A DNA stretch of 64,000 bases. It comes from Paragordius varius (taxonomy: Eukaryota > Animalia > Nematomorpha). Within the stretch, counting starts at the first letter, position 1; every line of letters begins with the position of its first letter. The notes beneath the pieces were generated by a model. The model made no database searches. It saw only the letters and a list, made by a program, of their open reading frames with translations, and was not told the DNA's origin. The stretch is taken from positions 806,001 through 870,000 of the forward strand of contig OZ176054.1 of NCBI GenBank assembly GCA_964247055.1, written 5' to 3'. A program made the position numbers and the translations under genes. Of the stretch, positions 1-10,209 are shown piece after piece.

Positions 1-1480
1 GAGATAGTTTGGCAAACTCTTTCATATCCGATTTTTACAACGATACTTGAAAAATTAATGTATTAAACTAGTCGCATCAATACTCAAGTTAAACTTTGTC
101 CTTAAAAATCGGATATTGGTCTCCGGTGAACAAAATTATTTTTTATACATTCTCTTAGTAAGACTAAATCAAAATATAGAGATAGTTTGACAAACTCTTT
201 CATATCCGATTTTTACAACGATACTTTAAAAATTAATGTATTAAACTAGTCGCATCAATACTCAAGTTAAACTTTGTCCTTAAAAATCGGATATTGGTCA
301 CCGGTGGACAAAATTATTTTTTATATATTCTCTTAGCAAGACTACATCAAAATATAGAGATAGTTTTACAAACTCTTTCATATCCGATTTTTACAACGAT
401 ACTTTAAAAATTAATGTATAAAACTAGTCGCATCAATACTCAACTTAAACTTTGTCATAAAAAATCGAATATTGGTCACCGGTGAACAAAATTATTTTTT
501 ATACATTCTCTTAGTAAGACTACATCAAAATATAGAGATAGTTTGACAAACTCTTTCATATCCGATTTTTACAACGATACTTTAAAAATTAATGTATTAA
601 ACTAGTCGCATCAATACTCAAGTTAAACTTTGTCCTTAAAAATCGGATATTGGTCACCGGTGAACAAAATTATTTTTTATATATTCTCTTAGCAAGACTA
701 CATCAAAATATAGAGGTAGTTTGACAAACTCTTTCATATCCGATTTTTACAACGATACTTTAAAAATTAATGTATAAAACGAGTCGTATCAATAAATCGC
801 ATCAATACTCAAGTTAAACTTTGTCCTTAAAAATCGGATATGGGTCACCGGTGCACAAAATTATTTTTTATACATTCTCTTAGTAGGACTACATCAAAAT
901 ATAGAGATAGTTTGGCAAACTCTTTCATATCCGATTTTTACAACGATACTTTAAAAATTAATGTATTAAACTAGTCGCATCAATACTCAAGTTAAACTTT
1001 GTCCTTAAAAATCGGATATTGGTCTCCGGTGAACAAAATAATTTTTTATATATTCTCTTAGCAAGACTACATCAAAATATAGAGATAGTTTGACAAACTC
1101 TTTCATATCCGATTTTTACAACGATACTTTAAAAATTAATGTATAAAACTAGTCGTATCAATAAATCGCATCAATACTCAAGTTAAACTTTGTCCTTAAA
1201 AATCGGATATTGGTCACCGGTGAACAAAATTATTTTTTATACATTCTCTTAGTAAGACTACATCAAAATATAGAAATAGTTTGACAAACTCTTTCATATC
1301 CGATTTTTACAACGATACTTTAAAAATTAATGTGTTAAACTAGTCGCATCAGTACTCAAGTTAAACTTTGTCCTAAAAAATCGAATATTGGTCACCGGTG
1401 AACAAAATTATTTTTTATATATTCTCTTAGTAAGACTACATCAAAATATAGAAATAGTTTGACAAACTCTTTCATATCCG
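1..1480 (+). repeat. Block duplicated at about 11303-12780 (offset 11302 bp)
   Basis: Rare markers recur at a constant offset: GATACTTGAAAA (G at 49 and 11351), TGGGTCACCGGTGCAC (841 and 12143), GCATCAGTACTC (1351 and 12653). Confidence 0.9.
713..903 (+). repeat. Example of the 191-bp long monomer class with a 13-bp internal tandem duplication
   Basis: TCGTATCAATAAA (784-796) precedes TCGCATCAATACT (797-809). The next monomer starts at 904, which is 713+191. The class recurs dozens of times across the window. Confidence 0.95.
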
Positions 1481-2967
1481 ATTTTTAAAACGATATTAAA
1501 ATTTAATGTATTAAACTAGTCGCATCAATACTCAAATAAAACTTTGTCCTTAAAAATCGGATATTGGTCACCGGTGAACAAAATTATTTTTTATACATTC
1601 TCTTAGCAAGACTACATCAAAATATAGAGATAGTTTGACAAACTCTTTCATATCCGATTTTTACAACGATACGTTAAAAATTATGGTATTAAACTAGTCG
1701 CATCAATACTCAAATTAAACTTTGTCCTTAAAAATCGGATATTGGTCACCGGTGAATAAAATTATTTTTTATATATTCTCTTAGCAAGACTACATCAAAA
1801 TATAGAGATAGTTTGACAAACTCTTTCATATCCGATTTTTACAACGATACTTTAAAAATTAATGTATAAAACGAGTCGTATCAATAAATCGCATCAATAC
1901 TCAAGTTAAACTTTGTCCTTAAAAATCGGATATTGGTCACCGGTGAACAAAATTATTTTTTATATATTCTCTTAGTAAGACAACATCAAAATATAGAAAT
2001 AGTTTGACAAACTCTTTCATATCCGATTTTTACAACGATACTTTAAAATTTAATGTATTAAACTAGTCGCATCAATACTCAAATTAAACTTTGTATTTAA
2101 AAATCGGATATTGGTCACCGGTGAACAAAATTTTATTTTATATATTCTCTTAGCAAGACTACATCAAAATATAGAGATAGTTTGACAAACTCTTTCATAT
2201 CCGATTTTTACAACGATACTTTAAAAATTAATGTATAAAACGAGTCGTATCAATAAATCGCATCAATACTCAAGTTAAACTTTGTCCTTAAAAATCGGAT
2301 ATTGGTCACCGGTGAACAAAATTATTTTTTATACATTCTCTTAGTAGGACTACATCAAAATATAGATATAGTTTGGCAAACTCTTTCATATCCGATTTTT
2401 ACAACGATACTTTAAAAATTAATGTATTAAACTAGTCGCATCAATACTCATAAACTTTGTCCTTAAAAATCGGATATTGGTCTCCGGTGAACAAAATAAT
2501 TTTTTATACATTCTCTTAGTAAGACTACATCAAAATATAGAGGTAGTTTGAAAAACTCTTTCATATCCGATTTTACGATACTTTAAAAATTAATGTATTA
2601 AACTAGTCGCATCAATACTCAAGTTAAACTTTGTCCTTAAAAATCGGATATTGGTCACCGGTGAACAAAATTATTTTTTATATATTCTATTAGCAAGACT
2701 ACATCAAAATATAGAGATAGTTTGACAAACTCTTTCATATCAGATTCTTACAACGATACTTTAAATATTAATATATAAAACTAGTCGCATCAATACTCAA
2801 GTTAAACTTTGTCCTTAATTATCGGATATTGGTCACCGGTGAACAAAATTATTTTTTATACATTCTCTTAGTAAGACTACATCAAAATATAGAGATAGTT
2901 TGACAAACTCTTTCATATCCGATTTTTACAGATACTTTAAAAATTAATGTGTTAAACTAGTCGCATC

Positions 2968-3045
2968 CTTACTAAGAGAATATATAAAAAATAATTTTGT
3001 TCACCGGTGACCAATATTCGATTTTTAAGGACAATGTTTAACTTG
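2968..3045 (-). repeat. 78-bp inverted monomer segment, copy 1
   Basis: CTTACTAAGAG...TTTAACTTG is the reverse complement of monomer positions 85-162, with one private substitution (ACAATG for ACAAAG). Confidence 0.97.
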
Positions 3046-5819
3046 CAAAATATAGAAATAGTTTGACAAACTCTTTCATATCCGATTTTTACAACGATAC
3101 TTTAAAATTTAATGTATTAATCTAGTCGCATCAATACTCAAATTAAACTTTGTCCTTAAAAATCAGATATTGGTCACCGGTGAACAAAATTATATTTTAT
3201 ATATTCTCTTAGCAAGACTACATCAAAATATAGAGATAGTTTGACAAACTCTTTCATATCCGATTTTTACAACGATACTTTAAAAATTAATGTATAAAAC
3301 GAGTCGTATCAATAAATCGCATCAATACTCAAGTTAAACTTTGTCCTTAAAAATCGGATATTGGTCACCGGTGAACAAAATAATTTTTTATACATTCTCT
3401 TAGTAGGACTACATCAAAATATAGAGATAGTTTGGCAAACTCTTTCATATCCGATTTTTACAACGATACTTTAAAAATTAATGTATTAAACTAGTCGCAT
3501 CAATACTCAAGTTAAACTTTGTCCTTAAAAATCGGATATTGGTCTCCGGTGAACAAAATAATTTTTTATACATTCTCTTCGTAAGACTACATCTAAATAT
3601 AGAGGTAGTTTGAAAAACTCTTTCATATCCGATTTTTACAAGATACTTTAAAAATTAATGTATTAAACTAGTCGCATCAATACTCAAGTTAAACTTTGTC
3701 CTTAAAAATCGGATATTGGTCACCGGTGAACAAAATTATTTTTTATATATTCTCTTAGCAAGACTACATCAAAATATAGAGATAGTTTGACAAACTCTTT
3801 CATATCCGATTCTTACAACGATACTTTAAAAATTAATGTATAAAACTAGTCGCATCAATACTCAAGTTAAACTTTGTCCTTAAAAATCGAATATTGGTCA
3901 CCGGTGAACAAAATTATTTTTTATACATTCTCTTAGTAGGACTACATCAAAATATAGAGATAGTTTGGCCAGCTCTTTCATATCCGATTTTTACAACGAT
4001 ACTTTAAAAATTAATGTATTAAACTAGTCGCATCAATACTCAAGTTAAACTTTGTCCTTAAAAATCGGATATTGGTCTCCGGTGAACAAAATAATTTTTT
4101 ATACATTCTCTTAGTAAGACTAAATCAAAATATAGAGATAGTTTGACAAACTCTTTCATATCCGATTTTTACAACGATACTTTAAAAATTAATGTATTAA
4201 ACTAGTCGCATTAATACTCAAGTTAAACTTTGTCCTTAAAAATCGGATATTGGTCACCGGTGGACAAAATTATTTTTTATATATTCTCTTAGCAAGACTA
4301 CATCAAAATATAGAGATAGTTTGACAAACTCTTTCATATCCGATTTTTACAACGATACTTTAAAAATTAATGTATAAAACTAGTCGCATCAATACTCAAC
4401 TTAAACTTTGTCATAAAAAATCGAATATTGGTCACCGGTGAACAAAATTATTTTTTATACATTCTCTTAGTAAGACTACATCAAAATATAGAGATAGTTT
4501 GACAAACTCTTTCATATCCGATTTTTACAACGATACTTTAAAAATTAATGTATTAAACTAGTCGCATCAATACTCAAGTTAAACTTTGTCCTTAAAAACG
4601 GATATTGGTCACCGGTGAACAAAATTATTTTTTATATATTCTCTTAGCAAGACTACATCAAAATATAGAGGTAGTTTGACAAACTCTTTCATATCCGATT
4701 TTTACAACGATACTTTAAAAATTAATGTATAAAACGAGTCGCATCAATACTCAACTTAAACTTTGTCATAAAAAATCGAATATTGGTCACCGGTGAACAA
4801 AATTATTTTTTATACATTCTCTTAGTAAGACTACATCAAAATATAGAGATAGTTTGACAAACTCTTTCATATCCGATTTTTACAACGATACTTTAAAAAT
4901 TAATGTATTAAACTAGTCGCATCAATACTCAAGTTAAACTTTGTCCTTAAAAACGGATATTGGTCACCGGTGAACAAAATTATTTTTTATATATTCTCTT
5001 AGCAAGACTACATCAAAATATAGAGGTAGTTTGACAAACTCTTTCATATCCGATTTTTACAACGATACTTTAAAAATTAATGTATAAAACGAGTCGTATC
5101 AATAAATCGCATCAATACTCAAGTTAAACTTTGTCCTTAAAAATCGGATATTGGTCACCGGTGAACAAAATTATTTTTTATACATTCTCTTAGTAGGACT
5201 ACATCAAAATATAGATATAGTTTGGCAAACTCTTTCATATCCGATTTTTACAACGATACTTTAAAAATTAATGTATTAAACTAGTCGCATCAATACTCAA
5301 GTTAAACTTTGTCCTTAAAAATCGGATATTGGTCTCCGGTGAACAAAATAATTTTTTATACATTCTCTTAGTAAGACTACATCAAAATATAGAGGTAGTT
5401 TGAAAAACTCTTTCATATCCGATTTTACGATACTTTAAAAATTAATGTATTAAACTAGTCGCATCAATACTCAAGTTAAACTTTGTCCTTAAAAATCGGA
5501 TATTGGTCACCGGTGAACAAAATTATTTTTTATATATTCTCTTAGCAAGACTACATCAAAATATAGAGATAGTTTGACAAACTCTTTCATATCCGATTCT
5601 TACAACGATACTTTAAAAATTAATGTATTAAACTAGTCGCATCAATACTCAAGTTAAACTTTGTCCTTAATTATCGGATATTGGTCACCGGTGAACAAAA
5701 TTATTTTTTATACATTCTCTTAGTAAGACTACATCAAAATATAGAGATAGTTTGACAAACTCTTTCATATCCGATTTTTACAGATACTTTAAAAATTAAT
5801 GTGTTAAACTAGTCGCATC

Positions 5820-5897
5820 CTTACTAAGAGAATATATAAAAAATAATTTTGTTCACCGGTGACCAATATTCGATTTTTAAGGACAAAGTTTAACTTG
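5820..5897 (-). repeat. 78-bp inverted monomer segment, copy 2
   Basis: Same reverse-complement segment with identical junctions GCATC|CTTACT and AACTTG|CAAAAT. Confidence 0.97.
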
Positions 5898-8672
5898 CAA
5901 AATATAGAAATAGTTTGACAAACTCTTTCATATCCGATTTTTACAACGATACTTTAAAATTTAATGTATTAATCTAGTCGCATCAATACTCAAATTAAAC
6001 TTTGTCCTTAAAAATCAGATATTGGTCACCGGTGAACAAAATTATATTTTATATATTCTCTTAGCAAGACTACATCAAAATATAGAGATAGTTTGACAAA
6101 CTCTTTCATATCCGATTTTTACAACGATACTTTAAAAATTAATGTATAAAACGAGTCGTATCAATAAATCGCATCAATACTCAAGTTAAACTTTGTCCTT
6201 AAAAATCGGATATTGGTCACCGGTGAACAAAATTATTTTTTATACATTCTCTTAGTAGGACTACATCAAAATATAGAGATAGTTTGGCAAACTCTTTCAT
6301 ATCCGATTTTTACAACGATACTTTAAAAATTAATGTATTAAACTAGTCGCATCAATACTCAAGTTAAACTTTGTCCTTAAAAATCGGATATTGGTCTCCG
6401 GTGAACAAAATAATTTTTTATACATTCTCTTCGTAAGACTACATCTAAATATAGAGGTAGTTTGAAAAACTCTTTCATATCCGATTTTTACAACGATACT
6501 TTAAAAATTAATGTATTAAACTAGTCGCATCAATACTCAAGTTAAACTTTGTCCTTAAAAATCGGATATTGGTCACCGGTGAACAAAATTATTTTTTATA
6601 TATTCTCTTAGCAAGACTACATCAAAATATAGAGATAGTTTGACAAACTCTTTCATATCCGATTCTTACAACGATACTTTAAAAATTAATGTATAAAACT
6701 AGTCGCATCAATACTCAAGTTAAACTTTGTCCTTAAAAATCGAATATTGGTCACCGGTGAACAAAATTATTTTTTATACATTCTCTTAGTAGGACTACAT
6801 CAAAATATAGAGATAGTTTGGCCAGCTCTTTCATATCCGATTTTTACAACGATACTTTAAAAATTAATGTATTAAACTAGTCGCATCAATACTCAAGTTA
6901 AACTTTGTCCTTAAAAATCGGATATTGGTCTCCGGTGAACAAAATAATTTTTTATACATTCTCTTAGTAAGACTAAATCAAAATATAGAGATAGTTTGAC
7001 AAACTCTTTCATATCCGATTTTTACAACGATACTTTAAAAATTAATGTATTAAACTAGTCGCATTAATACTCAAGTTAAACTTTGTCCTTAAAAATCGGA
7101 TATTGGTCACCGGTGGACAAAATTATTTTTTATATATTCTCTTAGCAAGACTACATCAAAATATAGAGATAGTTTGACAAACTCTTTCATATCCGATTTT
7201 TACAACGATACTTTAAAAATTAATGTATAAAACTAGTCGCATCAATACTCAACTTAAACTTTGTCATAAAAAATCGAATATTGGTCACCGGTGAACAAAA
7301 TTATTTTTTATACATTCTCTTAGTAAGACTACATCAAAATATAGAGATAGTTTGACAAACTCTTTCATATCCGATTTTTACAACGATACTTTAAAAATTA
7401 ATGTATTAAACTAGTCGCATCAATACTCAAGTTAAACTTTGTCCTTAAAAACGGATATTGGTCACCGGTGAACAAAATTATTTTTTATATATTCTCTTAG
7501 CAAGACTACATCAAAATATAGAGGTAGTTTGACAAACTCTTTCATATCCGATTTTTACAACGATACTTTAAAAATTAATGTATAAAACGAGTCGCATCAA
7601 TACTCAACTTAAACTTTGTCATAAAAAATCGAATATTGGTCACCGGTGAACAAAATTATTTTTTATACATTCTCTTAGTAAGACTACATCAAAATATAGA
7701 GATAGTTTGACAAACTCTTTCATATCCGATTTTTACAACGATACTTTAAAAATTAATGTATTAAACTAGTCGCATCAATACTCAAGTTAAACTTTGTCCT
7801 TAAAAACGGATATTGGTCACCGGTGAACAAAATTATTTTTTATATATTCTCTTAGCAAGACTACATCAAAATATAGAGGTAGTTTGACAAACTCTTTCAT
7901 ATCCGATTTTTACAACGATACTTTAAAAATTAATGTATAAAACGAGTCGTATCAATAAATCGCATCAATACTCAAGTTAAACTTTGTCCTTAAAAATCGG
8001 ATATTGGTCACCGGTGAACAAAATTATTTTTTATACATTCTCTTAGTAGGACTACATCAAAATATAGATATAGTTTGGCAAACTCTTTCATATCCGATTT
8101 TTACAACGATACTTTAAAAATTAATGTATTAAACTAGTCGCATCAATACTCAAGTTAAACTTTGTCCTTAAAAATCGGATATTGGTCTCCGGTCAACAAA
8201 ATAATTTTTTATACATTCTCTTAGTAAGACTACATCAAAATATAGAGGTAGTTTGAAAAACTCTTTCATATCCGATTTTACGATACTTTAAAAATTAATG
8301 TATTAAACTAGTCGCATCAATACTCAAGTTAAACTTTGTCCTTAAAAATCGGATATTGGTCACCGGTGAACAAAATTATTTTTTATATATTCTCTTAGCA
8401 AGACTACATCAAAATATAGAGATAGTTTGACAAACTCTTTCATATCCGATTCTTACAACGATACTTTAAAAATTAATGTATTAAACTAGTCGCATCAATA
8501 CTCAAGTTAAACTTTGTCCTTAATTATCGGATATTGGTCACCGGTGAACAAATTTATTTTTTATACATTCTCTTAGTAAGACTACATCAAAATATAGAGA
8601 TAGTTTGACAAACTCTTTCATATCCGATTTTTACAGATACTTTAAAAATTAATGTGTTAAACTAGTCGCATC

Positions 8673-8750
8673 CTTACTAAGAGAATATATAAAAAATAAT
8701 TTTGTTCACCGGTGACCAATATTCGATTTTTAAGGACAAAGTTTAACTTG
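8673..8750 (-). repeat. 78-bp inverted monomer segment, copy 3
   Basis: Same segment and junctions. Confidence 0.97.
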
Positions 8751-10209
8751 CAAAATATAGAAATAGTTTGACAAACTCTTTCATATCCGATTTTTACAAC
8801 GATACTTTAAAATTTAATGTATTAATCTAGTCGCATCAATAGTCAAATTAAACTTTGTCCTTAAAAATCAGATATTGGTCACCGGTGAACAAAATTATAT
8901 TTTATATATTCTCTTAGCAAGACTACATCAAAATATAGAGATAGTTTGACAAACTCTTTCATATCCGATTTTTACAACGATACTTTAAAAATTAATGTAT
9001 AAAACGAGTCGTATCAATAAATCGCATCAATACTCAAGTTAAACTTTGTCCTTAAAAATCGGATATTGGTCACCGGTGAACAAAATTATTTTTTATACAT
9101 TCTCTTAGTAGGACTACATCAAAATATAGAGATAGTTTGGCAAACTCTTTCATATCCGATTTTTACAACGATACTTTAAAAATTAATGTATTAAACTAGT
9201 CGCATCAATACTCAAGTTAAACTTTGTCCTTAAAAATCGGATATTGGTCTCCGGTGAACAAAATAATTTTTTATACATTCTCTTCGTAAGACTACATCTA
9301 AATATAGAGGTAGTTTGAAAAACTCTTTCATATCCGATTTTTACAACGATACTTTAAAAATTAATGTATTAAACTAGTCGCATCAATACTCAAGTTAAAC
9401 TTTGTCCTTAAAAATCGGATATTGGTCACCGGTGAACAATATTATTTTTTATATATTCTCTTAGCAAGACTACATCAAAATATAGAGATAGTTTGACAAA
9501 CTCTTTCATATCCGATTCTTACAACGATACTTTAAAAATTAATGTATAAAACTAGTCGCATCAATACTCAAGTTAAACTTTGTCCTTAAAAATCGAATAT
9601 TGTTCACCGGTGAACAAAATTATTTTTTATATATTCTCTTAGCAAGACTACATCAAAATATAGAGGTAGTTTGACAAACTCTTTCATATCCGATTTTTAC
9701 AACGATACTTTAAAAATTAATGTATAAAACGAGTCGTATCAATAAATCGCATCAATACTCAAGTTAAACTTTGTCCTTAAAAATCGGATATTGGTCACCG
9801 GTGCACAAAATTATTTTTTATACATTCTCTTAGTAGGACTACATCAAAATATAGAGATAGTTTGGCAAACTCTTTCATATCCGATTTTTACAACGATACT
9901 TTAAAAATTAATGTATTAAACTAGTCGCATCAATACTCAAGTTAAACTTTGTCCTTAAAAATCGGATATTGGTCTCCGGTGAACAAAATAATTTTTTATA
10001 CATTCTCTTCGTAAGACTACATCTAAATATAGAGGTAGTTTGAAAAACTCTTTCATATCCGATTTTTACAACGATACTTTAAAAATTAATGTATTAAACT
10101 AGTCGCATCAATACTCAAGTTAAACTTTGTCCTTAAAAATCGGATATTGGTCACCGGTGAACAAAATTATTTTTTATATATTCTCTTAGCAAGACTACAT
10201 CAAAATATA

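Larger units (their letters stand above)
2892..8596 (+). repeat. Two full tandem copies of a 16-monomer higher-order repeat (2852-2853 bp), with partial copies on both sides (about 2.2-9.6 kb overall)
   Basis: Counted monomer starts: 2892, 3055, 3233, 3424, 3602, 3779, 3957, 4135, 4313, 4491, 4668, 4846, 5023, 5214, 5392, 5566, then 5744 and 8597. Markers (inversion, GGCCAGCT, CCTTAATTATCGG, AAAAACGGAT, TCTTCGTAAG) recur in the same order. Confidence 0.95.

Noticed and set aside
24-116. MITE bounded by the 14-bp inverted repeats
   Set aside because: No target-site duplication flanks the arms (TTC versus TGG) and the termini match no superfamily signature I recognise. A remote transposon origin cannot be excluded.
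24-116. Compensatory covariation between the inverted arms (conserved RNA or DNA stem)
   Set aside because: Common variants (GATTCTTA, ATCGAAT, ATCCAATT) break pairing without compensating changes in the partner arm.
32-174. Helically phased A/T tracts implying intrinsic curvature
   Set aside because: Tracts are present but I could not show 10-11 bp phasing by eye; it needs a curvature calculation.
1-178. Identity with Arabidopsis CEN178 or primate alpha satellite
   Set aside because: Only the length is similar. The consensus does not resemble either as I recall them, has no HindIII site, and contains no CENP-B box (TTCG....A..CGGG). A BLAST search would be decisive.
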